Shown here: piece by piece, positions 47,668 to 57,411 of the stretch
How the letters are laid out: every line of letters starts with the position of its first letter
How positions within the stretch are numbered: the stretch's first letter is position 1
From: Candidatus Multivorans sp.
GTDB lineage: Bacteria > Acidobacteriota > Thermoanaerobaculia > Multivoradales > Multivoraceae
Reading direction: 5' to 3'
DNA length: 64,000 bases
Assembly (NCBI GenBank): GCA_965224025.1
Contig: OZ245033.1
Location: forward strand, 2,912,001-2,976,000
The notes under the pieces: model-generated
Databases searched by the model: none
Seen by the model: only the letters and a program-made list of their open reading frames with translations
Told to the model about the DNA's origin: nothing
Position numbers and translations under genes: made by a program

Positions 47668-50264
47668 TGATGACGCGGTGCTCACGGAGCGTTCGTCGAC
47701 GCCGCGGCGTTCGGCTACGCCGCGGAGGCATGACTGCGGGCACCCTGGCGCTCGTCGCGGTGCTCTGCCTCCTTCCCGGTGCGGCTCCCGCGCGTTCGCT
47801 CGAGGCCGACGTCGAGCGTCTACTGGAGGTTTCGTGCCTTCGCTGTCACGACGTCGAGACCGAGACGCCGCTCGATCTCGAGAACCTCGACTACGACCTG
47901 GAGGATCGAGGGACCTTCCGGAAGTGGGTGCGGGTCTTCGAGCGTCTCGAGGCGGGCGAGATGCCTCCGCGCGGGACGAGGCGACCCCCGAGGCCGGTCG
48001 TCGAAGCGGCGCTCGGCGCGCTGGAGAGAGATCTGGAGACGGCGGACGTGGCGGCTCGCGCCTCCGAGCAGGCAGCGCCGCGCCGTCTGACGGGGCTCGA
48101 GTACGAGTACACCGTCGAGGATCTGCTCCTGATCGAGGAGACCCTGGCGCGCCTGCTGCCGGCCGAGAGCGCATCCGCCGGGTTCGACACGCTGGCGGCC
48201 GAGCAGGGGATCTCGGCGCTTCACCTGCGCAGCTACCTCGAGGCGGCCGATCGTGCGCTCGATGCGGCGATCCGGCTGGGCGGGCGTCCGGCGAGCGCGG
48301 CGTACCTGATCGACTACCCGAATCGCCCGTCGTCGTACCGCATGGTCCGCCAGAGCGTCAGCAAGAAGCTCGACGATGCCGTCGCGATGTTCGTCGATGA
48401 AGACCATCACAACACCAGCGGGTCCTTCTCGGCCAGAAACCTGAGGAGCGACAGCCACGGCTTCTCGGCCGCGCATCCGGGGCTGTACAGGCTGACCGTT
48501 GACGCCTATCCCTACCAGGCATCGACGCCGGTGACGCTCCTTCTCGTTCGTGCCAACCCGGACGGCGACAGGAAGTTGCTGGGCGCCTTCGACCTGGTGA
48601 ACGGGGAGTCCGGCACCTTCGAAGTTGTGACCTTCCTCCACCCGACCGACTACGTCTTTCCCGAAGTGGCCGACCTCGACTGGCACACGGAGGTCGAGGG
48701 CTTCTACGCGCCCGTCGAAGACTGGTCGGCAGCGGCCCAGGTCGTGGCTGCGGGGAAGGGCCTGGGCCGGCGGCTGCTCAACAACCGGCTCTATCATCCG
48801 ATCTTCTACCACCCCACCGAGATCCTTGTGGACGGGGCCGCCACCTACAAGGGCGAGGGCGTGGCGGTCAAGTCGCTCGCAATCGTTGGACCGCTCCTCG
48901 ATGCGTGGCCGCCGCCGTCGACGCGCCGGCTCTTCGACGGCATCGAGTTCGACTCGGCCGGCGATCTGAAGCTCACGAAGGATCCGTACGAGCACGTCGT
49001 GGATTTCGTCTCGCACTTCGTGCCGCTGGCGTTTCGACGGCCGGCCGAAGCGGGTGAGGTGGATGCGTTCGCGAGCCTGGCGAAGCCCGCGATCGCCGCC
49101 GGACGGGAGTTCGTCGACGCCGTCCGACTTCCGCTGCGCGCTGTCCTGAGCGCGCCGCAGTTTCTCTACCACGACGACCGGCCGGGCGAGCTGGACGACT
49201 TCGCGCTGGCGACCCGCCTTTCGTACTTCCTGTGGAAGAGCCTGCCGGACGAGGAACTTCTCGCGTCGGCACGGGAAGGCACGCTGTCGGAGCCGGAGGT
49301 GCTGGCCCGGCAGGTCGAGAGAATGCTCGATGACGACAAGGCGCAGCGCTTTGTCGCGGACTTCGTGGGTCAGTGGCTACGGCTTTACGAGATCGAGCTC
49401 ACGAGTCCCGACGAGCGGCTCTATCCCGAGTACGACGACCTGCTGCATCACGCACTCCAGGAGGAAACCAGGCTCTTCTTCGCCGAGCTCGTGAAGAGCG
49501 ACCTCGGAGTCCGGAACCTGATCGACTCCGACTTCACCTTTCTCAATCGCCGCCTGGCGGAGCACTACGGCATCCCCGGGGTCGAGGGGCAGCACATGCG
49601 CAAGGTGTCGCTGCCCGACGACAGTTTGCGCGGCGGCGTCCTGACGCAGGCCAGCGTGCTCAAGGTGACCGCCAACGGCACGACGACGTCGCCGGTCTTC
49701 CGGGGCAGCTTCGTCCTCTCGAACCTGCTCGGCCGGCCGCCGAATCCGCCGCCGGCGAACGCCGGTTCGGTCGAGCCCGACATCCGGGGTGCCACGACGA
49801 TCCGCGAGATCCTCGCCAAACATCGCCGGGATCCGACGTGCAACGTCTGTCACCGGGCCATCGACCCGCCGGGCTTCGCCCTGGAGGCCTTCGATCCCAC
49901 CGGCGGCTACCGGACGCGCTACCGCTCCAGCGGCGAAGGCGAACTGCCCACGGGGACCCTTCACGGTCGCCCGATTCTCGAGTACAAGGACGGACCGCCC
50001 GTGGATGCGGGTGGCGTCACCCCGGACGGAAGGCCCTTCTCGGGCATCGCCGAGTACAAGCGCCTCCTGCTCGCTGAAGAGGACCAAGTGGCTCGCCACT
50101 TCATCTCCCAGCTCGTCGTCTATGCGACCGGCACGGAGATCGGCTTTGCGGACCGCGACGAGCTGTCGCGGCTCGTCGCGCAGAGCCGCGAGGGCGGTTA
50201 TGGCGTGCGCACGATCATCCACAACGTCACCCAAAGCCCACTCTTCAGGGAGCGGCAACGATGA
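47664..50264 (+). CDS. DUF1592-family multidomain cytochrome c-like protein
   Basis: CLRCH, MPP, RRLT, LATRLSYFLW, QWLRL, TSPVFRG, CNVCH, IDPPGFALE. The true start may be ~47730. Confidence 0.88.
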   Translation: MMMTRCSRSVRRRRGVRLRRGGMTAGTLALVAVLCLLPGAAPARSLEADVERLLEVSCLRCHDVETETPLDLENLDYDLEDRGTFRKWVRVFERLEAGEMPPRGTRRPPRPVVEAALGALERDLETADVAARASEQAAPRRLTGLEYEYTVEDLLLIEETLARLLPAESASAGFDTLAAEQGISALHLRSYLEAADRALDAAIRLGGRPASAAYLIDYPNRPSSYRMVRQSVSKKLDDAVAMFVDEDHHNTSGSFSARNLRSDSHGFSAAHPGLYRLTVDAYPYQASTPVTLLLVRANPDGDRKLLGAFDLVNGESGTFEVVTFLHPTDYVFPEVADLDWHTEVEGFYAPVEDWSAAAQVVAAGKGLGRRLLNNRLYHPIFYHPTEILVDGAATYKGEGVAVKSLAIVGPLLDAWPPPSTRRLFDGIEFDSAGDLKLTKDPYEHVVDFVSHFVPLAFRRPAEAGEVDAFASLAKPAIAAGREFVDAVRLPLRAVLSAPQFLYHDDRPGELDDFALATRLSYFLWKSLPDEELLASAREGTLSEPEVLARQVERMLDDDKAQRFVADFVGQWLRLYEIELTSPDERLYPEYDDLLHHALQEETRLFFAELVKSDLGVRNLIDSDFTFLNRRLAEHYGIPGVEGQHMRKVSLPDDSLRGGVLTQASVLKVTANGTTTSPVFRGSFVLSNLLGRPPNPPPANAGSVEPDIRGATTIREILAKHRRDPTCNVCHRAIDPPGFALEAFDPTGGYRTRYRSSGEGELPTGTLHGRPILEYKDGPPVDAGGVTPDGRPFSGIAEYKRLLLAEEDQVARHFISQLVVYATGTEIGFADRDELSRLVAQSREGGYGVRTIIHNVTQSPLFRERQR

Positions 50265-51544
50265 ACCGACCCCTCGACCGACGCACCTTCCTCAGGACCT
50301 CCGGGGTCGCCTTGGCGCTGCCTCTCCTCGAAGCGATGAGCCCGGCCCTGGCCCGAGCGGCGATCCCGGCGCCCCGGCGGATGGTGACCGTCTGCAACGC
50401 ACTCGGCCTGCACCCGCCGTCGCTCTTTCCGGCCACACCGGGTCGGGACTACGAGACGACCGAGTACCTGGAGCTGCTTCAGGACCACCGGCGCGACTAC
50501 ACCCTGTTTTCGGGGCTCTCCCACCACGACCAGAACGGCCGCCAGGCCCACAGTAGCGAGGTCTCCTGGTTGACCGCGGCCCGCCACCCGGAGCTCGCCG
50601 GTTTTCGCAACACGATCTCCGTCGACCAGGTTGCCGCCGGGGAGCTCGGCTACGTGACTCGCTTTCCCTCACTCGTGCTGGGTACCGACACCACGGTTCA
50701 GCGCAGCGCCAAGGGCACGCAGAGCCAATCCTTCACGAGGCGGGGCGTCATGGTGCCCTCAGAAACCAGTCCCGCCAACCTCTTCGCCCGGATGTTCCTC
50801 ACGGGGGATGCCGACGAGGTCGAGCGGCAGAAACGGGATCTCGGCGACGGAAGCAGCATCCTCGACGGCCTGAGCTCGCAGCGAAAGACGCTCGACCGGC
50901 GCGCCAGCGCCGTCGATCGGGGTCGGCTGGACTCGTACTTCGAGGCCGTGCGCGCGGCCGAGAAGGGCATCACCGAGGCCCGGGCCTGGCTCGACCGGCC
51001 CAAGCCGCGGGTGGACCGCGAGCCTCCCGTCGATGTCCGGGAACGCCGCGACCTCATTGGTCGCGTCCAGTTGCTGATGGACCTCATTCCGCTGATTCTG
51101 CAGACCGATTCGACCCGCGTCGTCGCCGTGATGATCCAGGAGCTGCGGGAAGTACCGAAGATTCCGGGTGTCTCGGGGACGCATCACAACCTCTCGCACC
51201 ACGGTCAGGATCCGGACAAGATCGCGCAACTGCGGAAGGTCGAGAGGGAGATCGTCAAGTGCTTCGGCAGCCTTCTCGAACAGCTCAAGGGCGCCAGCGA
51301 GGGAGACGGCACGCTGCTCGACCTGACCGCGGTCCTCTTCGGCAGCAACCTCGGCAACGGGAACTCTCACGACACCCGCAACCTGCCGATCTTCCTCGCC
51401 GGCGGCGGCTTCGAGCACGGTCGCTACGTCGCTTTCGACAACGACGACAACGCGCCGCTCTCCAACCTTTACGTCTCCATGCTGAATCACATGGAGCTGG
51501 AAAGCGCGTCGTTCGGCCAGAGCACCGGCGAGCTGAGCTGGTAG
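50261..51544 (+). CDS. DUF1552 domain protein
   Basis: Tat-like DRRTFLR, LALPLLEAM, ISVDQ, TDSTRV, HNLSHH, GNSH, NLP. Confidence 0.9.
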   Translation: MNRPLDRRTFLRTSGVALALPLLEAMSPALARAAIPAPRRMVTVCNALGLHPPSLFPATPGRDYETTEYLELLQDHRRDYTLFSGLSHHDQNGRQAHSSEVSWLTAARHPELAGFRNTISVDQVAAGELGYVTRFPSLVLGTDTTVQRSAKGTQSQSFTRRGVMVPSETSPANLFARMFLTGDADEVERQKRDLGDGSSILDGLSSQRKTLDRRASAVDRGRLDSYFEAVRAAEKGITEARAWLDRPKPRVDREPPVDVRERRDLIGRVQLLMDLIPLILQTDSTRVVAVMIQELREVPKIPGVSGTHHNLSHHGQDPDKIAQLRKVEREIVKCFGSLLEQLKGASEGDGTLLDLTAVLFGSNLGNGNSHDTRNLPIFLAGGGFEHGRYVAFDNDDNAPLSNLYVSMLNHMELESASFGQSTGELSW

Positions 51545-51556
51545 GACGCTGGGAGT

Positions 51557-52113
51557 AAGGGTCGCCGGCCTGCGGCCGGCGGCAGTCTTTCTTCGGGCTT
51601 CGCCGCTCCGCGGCTTCGCCCGTGAGCGGACCAGAAGGTCCGCGCACCCAGAGATACACCCCGGTGCGGCGGAGTTCTCTACATGCGGGTGACCTGGCGC
51701 CGCTGCAAGCGTTACCAACTGCAGCAGGGCATCCCGCGGAACCCCACGCACGTTCTCTGGGTGCGCGGACCTTCTGGTCCGCTGCCGCCGGAGGCGGCCA
51801 AGTAAACGCGCCGCGAAGCGGCGACAAAGGTCGCCGGCCTTTGGCCGGCGGCTGCTTTCTTCGGGCTTCGCCGCTTTGCGGCTTCGCCCATGAGCGGACC
51901 AGAAGGTCCGCGCACACAGAGATACACCCCGGTGCGGCGGAGTTCTCTACATGCGGATGACATGACGCCGCTGTGGGCCCAGCCCAACTGCAGCAGGGCA
52001 TCCCGCGGAACCCCACGCCCGTTCTCTGGGTGCGCGGACCTTCCGGTCCGCTGCCGCCGCAGGCGGCCAGGTAACGCGCCGCGAAGCGGCGACAAAGGTC
52101 GCCGGCCTTTGGC
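51557..52113. repeat. Tandem ~269-bp REPIN-like repeat (two units plus a partial third)
   Basis: Each unit has agcggaccagaaggtccgcgcacccagaga and its reverse complement ~99 bp apart (51625-51654/51754-51783; 51893-51922/52023-52052). It lies between convergent genes. Confidence 0.88.
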
Positions 52114-52119
52114 TGACCC

Positions 52120-53268
52120 CTACCGACCTTCGGCCCACTCCTTCTCCAACTGCCGCGCCCCGCGCATCGTCATTCCCATCGAGTAGTTGCCTTCGTGGCA
52201 GGCGTACTCGTAGATGCGCTGGTCCGTGCGCAGCCACGGGAACGAACCGCCCCAGGTCGCCTCGTAGTCGGGATCGTCGACGCTGAACTCGTAGAACAGG
52301 TTGCCGTCTCCTTGGGGAGTCAGACGCTCGACGATGTGGAGCCCCTCGTGAGGCACGCCTGAGGAGCTCCCGGAGTTCTTCCGTCGCTCGCTCGCGGCCC
52401 TTGCCACGCCCTGGCGGCGGAAGTTCGTCGTGTCGACGACCAGCGTGTCGCCATCCCACCGGCCGATCGAGTCGCCGGCGTAGGAGAGCACTTCTTCCGG
52501 TTCGTGCTCCGAGTCGAAGCGGACGATGCGCGCCTCGTGCATCAGTTCCGCCAGGAACACGACATGGGTCGCGGTCTGGGTTATGCGGTAGTAGGCGCCG
52601 TAACCCCTTCGCAGGGTAGGGATGGTCGCCCGGTCGGAGTAGATGCAGCGCTCCCAGAGGCCGATCAGCTCCGGGTCGTCGAAGAGCCGGTGTTCCCCAT
52701 TCGTCGTCGGGATGACCCGGCCTCGCACGCCGGCGACTTCGTCCGCCTCCAGCCACTAGGCTCCGTCGGGATTCGGGGGGCCCATGCGATCGGCTGTCGT
52801 GAAAGCCGGCCGCCGTTTCTTTCCGGCCTCGGTGACCGCCGGCATGCGGCCGTTCGGCGGGTCGGTGAGGACCGAGTTCCGGTGCCTGCCGTCGACGGTA
52901 AAGACGATCGTGCCCATGTCGAGAAGCGCGAGGGCATTGCCGCCGGTGACCCGGCCGCTGCTGTAGCCGCCGGCCGGCGGGGGAGAACGATCCGGGTCGC
53001 CGGGGATGCCCTGCTGGGCGACCCTCGCGGCCATCGCCTCTTCGATTCTCCTCGCCTCGTCGGCGCCCATGTAGGGGTCGTTCCCGTACTTCGGATTGCG
53101 CGCGAAAGGCGTCAGCGTGTTGATGGTGTAGGTGCCGGAGAGATCCGGCTCGCCGCCCGGCATCCGTGGAATGTCGCCCGGCGCGGCCGGCGCGGCCGCT
53201 GCCACGAGGCTTGCGGCGAGCACTAACACCGCCTTCTTCGCCAGCCAGCGATTTCGGCTTCCCTTCAT
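52120..53268 (-). pseudogene. Secreted uncharacterised protein (PDLSG...GRWDGDTLVV...EYACHEGN family) with one in-frame TAG
   Basis: ORFs 52756-53268 and 52120-52728 share a frame, separated by TAG at 52758-52756 (likely TGG). Confidence 0.72.
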
Positions 53269-55403
53269 CCCTCGAGCTCGATGCGCTGCAGCGCGGCTTG
53301 GGTGAGGATCCGCAACTGATCCACGCCCTCGGCGCCGGCGTCGACGTCGATGACGATCGTGGTCCCGTCGGCGAGGATCTCCCAGGCGTCGGAGTCCGTC
53401 TCGCCGACGAGCGAGCCGCGATCGGCCGGGGTGCCGAACTCGGGGTCGGCGAAGGCGAGGAAGTCGCTGGCGGCGAGGCTCGCCGAACTCGCGGCGACGC
53501 CCAGGATGGGGTCGTCGAACGTGATTCCGACGCCGCCTGAGCCGGCCGCGGCGGTGGGGGCGAAGTGGAGGAGGAAGCTGTGAACGACGGTGCCCGCGGG
53601 TACGGTCGCTCCGTGCGGCGGGTTGCCGCCATCATAGGAGGCGGGGGCTCCGTCGGACTCGACTGCCAGGTCCTCGCCGAGGGTGGCGAACTGCCGCTCG
53701 ACGATCAGCTCCGGACGATCGACGGCGGTCCGGCGAGCGGCCGACAGATCGTCGGGAACGGTTTCGTGGCCGATGTCGCCGAGAACGTCGACGCCGTCCG
53801 CCGAGGCGATGCGCGCGTCGTAGTCGGCCCCTTCGCGGCTTCGGGCCGCTTCGACTTCGAACCAGTTGGTGAGGTCGTCCCGCAAGGACTGGAAGATGTT
53901 CTGGATCTCCGGCGTCTTCGAGCCGATGTCGGCGCTGGTGGCGACCGGCGTCTCTTCGCGCGGGTCCTCGATCAGGTCGTAGAGTTCCCACTCCCTGCCG
54001 CTGGTTTCGGAGATCAGCTTGTATTGGTCGTCGATGATCGACCGCTCGCCGCCGACCCTCTGCAGCATTCGGGTACGCCGGCTGTCGCAGTCGGTGTCTT
54101 CATCGTCGCCGCGCTCGGGAGTCGGGTCGCCGCAGTCCTCCCACCGGATGGGCCCCCTGCGCGGCGCCGAACGATCGCCGAAGAGGACCTCGGTCATCGA
54201 CTCGCCGTCGAGGGGCCGCGCGTCCGGCATCCCGATTCCCCAGATGTCCAGGAGCGTCGGCAGGTAGTCGCTGGTCGTCATCGGTGTCGAGGTCTCGCCG
54301 GGGGCGATCCGCCCCGGCCACTCGACGATTCCCGGCACCCGGACTCCGCCTTCCCAGAGGTTGCTCTTGGAACCTCGCAGGCCACCCTTGCCCTTGCTCT
54401 CGAACTCCATCCTCACCGAGCCCGACTGGCCGTTGTCGGACGTGAAGGCCAGGAGCGTTTCGCCCTCGACGCCGAGCTCCCGAAGGTGCGTCCGCAGGCG
54501 GCCGATCTCCGTATCCATCGCCGTGATGCTGGAGTAGTAGCGCGCCTCGTACTCACTCCACTCCGCCTGCTCCTCCGGCGTGTAGAACTCGTCGAGCGTC
54601 GCCTGGTTGAGACGGTGCGGGCCATGGGGTGCATGAAGCCAGACGACGGCGAGGAAGGGACGCTGGGCCGCGACCGCGTCGTCGATGAACCGCAGCGTCT
54701 CGCGGATGATGATCGCCGAGGCGTCGCCGCGCAGCTCCGGCAAGTCGGGGTCGACGTGCTCTCCGGGGCCGGTGTAGTAGCGGCCGCCGTGGAAGTTGCC
54801 CTCGCTGGGGAGCGGTCCCAGGGGGTCCTCCTTCATCGGCTCGAAGGTGGGCAGTGCCTGCTCGCTCGCCCAGACGCGGTCGTAGCCGTGGCTCCAGGGC
54901 GGGGAGTAGAACTCGCCGCCGTTCCTGTCTCGCAGCGTCCTGGTGAGATCGCCGAGGTGCCACTTGCCGAAGTGTCCGGTCGTGTAGCCCTGGGTCGCGG
55001 CGAGTTCAGCCAGCGTCAGCTCGAGGTTGCGGAGGGCGTCGTTGTATGCCCAGTCCACGCCGTTGCGGCGCGGCGCCCGGCCGGTGACGAAGGAGGCCCG
55101 CGTGGGGCTGCAGACCGAGCCGCCCGAGTACATGCGATGGAACTGGAGCCCTTCCTCCGCCATCGCTCGCAGGTTGGGCGTCCTGAGCTCGGGATGGCCC
55201 GGGAAGACGTGTCCGGGTGCGAGTTGCTGTGAGTACTCGACGGCGCCCCATCCCTGATCGTCGCTCATCATCAGAATGACGTTGGGCCGCGACGGAAACG
55301 GCAGAGGCGCTGCCGCTTCGTCCGCCACCGGCGTCGCGCAGCCACAGGCCGCGACGCCCGCGAAGAGCATCGCCCATCGAAGCGATTCGGGTGTTCTACT
55401 CAT
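53265..55403 (-). CDS. Lipoprotein sulfatase with extra C-terminal domain (copy 2)
   Basis: NVILMMSDDQGW, CSPTRASFVTG, GKWHLG, SDNG, WEGGVRVP, ELYDL. Confidence 0.9.
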   Translation of the reverse strand: MSRTPESLRWAMLFAGVAACGCATPVADEAAAPLPFPSRPNVILMMSDDQGWGAVEYSQQLAPGHVFPGHPELRTPNLRAMAEEGLQFHRMYSGGSVCSPTRASFVTGRAPRRNGVDWAYNDALRNLELTLAELAATQGYTTGHFGKWHLGDLTRTLRDRNGGEFYSPPWSHGYDRVWASEQALPTFEPMKEDPLGPLPSEGNFHGGRYYTGPGEHVDPDLPELRGDASAIIIRETLRFIDDAVAAQRPFLAVVWLHAPHGPHRLNQATLDEFYTPEEQAEWSEYEARYYSSITAMDTEIGRLRTHLRELGVEGETLLAFTSDNGQSGSVRMEFESKGKGGLRGSKSNLWEGGVRVPGIVEWPGRIAPGETSTPMTTSDYLPTLLDIWGIGMPDARPLDGESMTEVLFGDRSAPRRGPIRWEDCGDPTPERGDDEDTDCDSRRTRMLQRVGGERSIIDDQYKLISETSGREWELYDLIEDPREETPVATSADIGSKTPEIQNIFQSLRDDLTNWFEVEAARSREGADYDARIASADGVDVLGDIGHETVPDDLSAARRTAVDRPELIVERQFATLGEDLAVESDGAPASYDGGNPPHGATVPAGTVVHSFLLHFAPTAAAGSGGVGITFDDPILGVAASSASLAASDFLAFADPEFGTPADRGSLVGETDSDAWEILADGTTIVIDVDAGAEGVDQLRILTQAALQRIELEG

Positions 55404-55410
55404 GTCGAGG

Positions 55411-57411
55411 TCACGGCGCAGCCGGCAGGGCGAAGGCCACGAGCTGAGCCGTCTCCGGGCCGCCGCGCGCGGTTCTCGAGACCACCTTGCCGCCGGCGGG
55501 CACGACGATGTACTGGCGGCCCTGGTGCAGGTAGGTCATCGGTACTCCGTGCAGGGTGGCCTCGGTCTCCACCTCCGCCAGGAGCTTGCCGGTCGCCTTG
55601 TCGTAGGCCTGCAGGTAGCTGCCCCTGGCGGCTCGGGCGTCCCAGCTCGGCCAGTTCGGCACGTAGGTGATCAGCAGGGTCCTGGTGATGAGAAGCCCGC
55701 CCTCGCGGTTGCCGCTCGAGGGGCGGCTGCCGAGCGGGCCGAGTTCGAGATGCCGGATGGCGGGGTGGTCGGTCGGTCCCTCGCCGAACGGCGCCATCCA
55801 GGCGTGCTCGCCGGTGCGCAGATCGATGGCCGTGATGCGCTGATACGGAGGCTTGAGGAGCGGCAGTCCCTGGGGACTTCCGACACGACCGCCGCGGCTT
55901 ACCCATCTCCACTCGCTGCGCGCCGGGTCCGGGGGCGCGACCGCCACCCCGGTCGGCTGCGTTCGCGACTGGACGTAGAGGACGCCGGTCAAGGGATCGA
56001 GCGAGGCGCCGGGATGATTGGCTCCACCCGCCATCCCGGGCACCGCGAGCGTCGCCTGCTTTCCTCCCTCACCGCCGACGATGGGAGGCGTGAACATCGG
56101 TCCCAGGAGGAACTCCCCGGCGATCTCGAGCGCCTCCTTTCGCAGCTCGGGCGTGAAGTCGATCAGATCGTCGATCGTCACGCCCTGGAGATCGAAGGCC
56201 GCCGGTCTGGTCGGAAAGGGCTGGGTCGGCGCCGTCCTCTCCCCGGGCACCGTGGTCTGCGGCACCGGGCGTTCTTCGATCGGCCAGATGGGCTCGCCCG
56301 TGACCCGGTCGAAGACATAGGCGAAGGCCGTCTTGGACACCTGGGCGACGATCTTCCGCAACCGGCCGTCGATCACGACGTCGGCGAGAACGGGCGCGGA
56401 GGCGATGTCCCAGTCCCAGATGCCGTGATGAACGGCCTGGAAGTGCCAGACGCGCTCGCCGGTTTCGGCGTTGACGCAGAGCAGGCTCTCGGCGTAGACG
56501 TTGTTGCCGGGCCGGTGACCGCCCCAGAGGTTGCCGGTCGGCGTCGTGGTGGGGATGTAGACATAGCCGAGCTCCTCGTCGCCGGCCATCGCTCCCCAGA
56601 CGTTGGCGCCGCCAACCCACTTCCAGGAGTCGTTGTGCCACGTGTCGGTGAACTCCTCGCCCTCCTGCGGGATGGTGTGGAAGCGCCACTTCGGCTCGCC
56701 GGTACGGACATCGTAGGCCCGCACGTGGCCCGGCGGAAGACCCTGCTTCGTCGCCGGTGCGTCGGCGATTCGCGAGCCCACGACGAACGTGTCTCGAATC
56801 ACGATTCCGGGCGAGCCGGCGCTGATGTCCCGCTGGAAGATCTCCTCGCGGCCCAGCCGGTCGTCCGACAGGTCGACGATGCCGTCTGCTCCGAAGGCGG
56901 GGTCGGGGCGTCCCGTCGCGAGGTCCAGCGAGATCAGTTGCTTGCCGCTGGTGATGAAGATGATGCGCTCGTCCTCGCCGTCGGTCCAGTACTCGAGGCC
57001 TCGGGGAGTGGCGCCGTAGGCTCGCGGGAACTCGTAGCTCTTCGGGTCGTAGACCCAGAGCTCCGCACCGGTCGCGGCGTCGAGGGCCGCGATCTGCCAG
57101 AGGCTGGTCGCCATGTAGACCCGGCCGCCGATGTTGAGCGCCGAGCCGCGGAAGGTCCCGGGCTCCTCCCTCAGCTCGTGATCGGCCGACCGCCAGCGCC
57201 AGGCGACCTCGAGCCGCTCGAAGTTCGACGCATCGATCTGGTCGAGGGGCGAGTAGCGGGTGAAGGCGTGGTCGTGGCCATGGTGGCGCCACTCGGCGTC
57301 CGCTTCGCGTGACTCAGCGAGGGCCGCTGTTGCCATCGAGGCGGCCGCCAGCAGCGCCACGACAAGGCGGGCCTGCCAGATGGTCGAGCGCTGGCGAGCG
57401 TTCTTGTTCAC
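55411..57411 (-). CDS. PQQ-dependent dehydrogenase (copy 2)
   Basis: RYSPLDQID, GHVRAYDVRTG, WHFQAVHHGIWDWD, GGANH, VPMTY. Confidence 0.88.
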   Translation of the reverse strand: MNKNARQRSTIWQARLVVALLAAASMATAALAESREADAEWRHHGHDHAFTRYSPLDQIDASNFERLEVAWRWRSADHELREEPGTFRGSALNIGGRVYMATSLWQIAALDAATGAELWVYDPKSYEFPRAYGATPRGLEYWTDGEDERIIFITSGKQLISLDLATGRPDPAFGADGIVDLSDDRLGREEIFQRDISAGSPGIVIRDTFVVGSRIADAPATKQGLPPGHVRAYDVRTGEPKWRFHTIPQEGEEFTDTWHNDSWKWVGGANVWGAMAGDEELGYVYIPTTTPTGNLWGGHRPGNNVYAESLLCVNAETGERVWHFQAVHHGIWDWDIASAPVLADVVIDGRLRKIVAQVSKTAFAYVFDRVTGEPIWPIEERPVPQTTVPGERTAPTQPFPTRPAAFDLQGVTIDDLIDFTPELRKEALEIAGEFLLGPMFTPPIVGGEGGKQATLAVPGMAGGANHPGASLDPLTGVLYVQSRTQPTGVAVAPPDPARSEWRWVSRGGRVGSPQGLPLLKPPYQRITAIDLRTGEHAWMAPFGEGPTDHPAIRHLELGPLGSRPSSGNREGGLLITRTLLITYVPNWPSWDARAARGSYLQAYDKATGKLLAEVETEATLHGVPMTYLHQGRQYIVVPAGGKVVSRTARGGPETAQLVAFALPAAP

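Noticed and set aside
51557-52113. Possible CRISPR array
   Set aside because: Repeats alternate in orientation, spacers are ~100 bp and conserved between units, and no cas genes are present.
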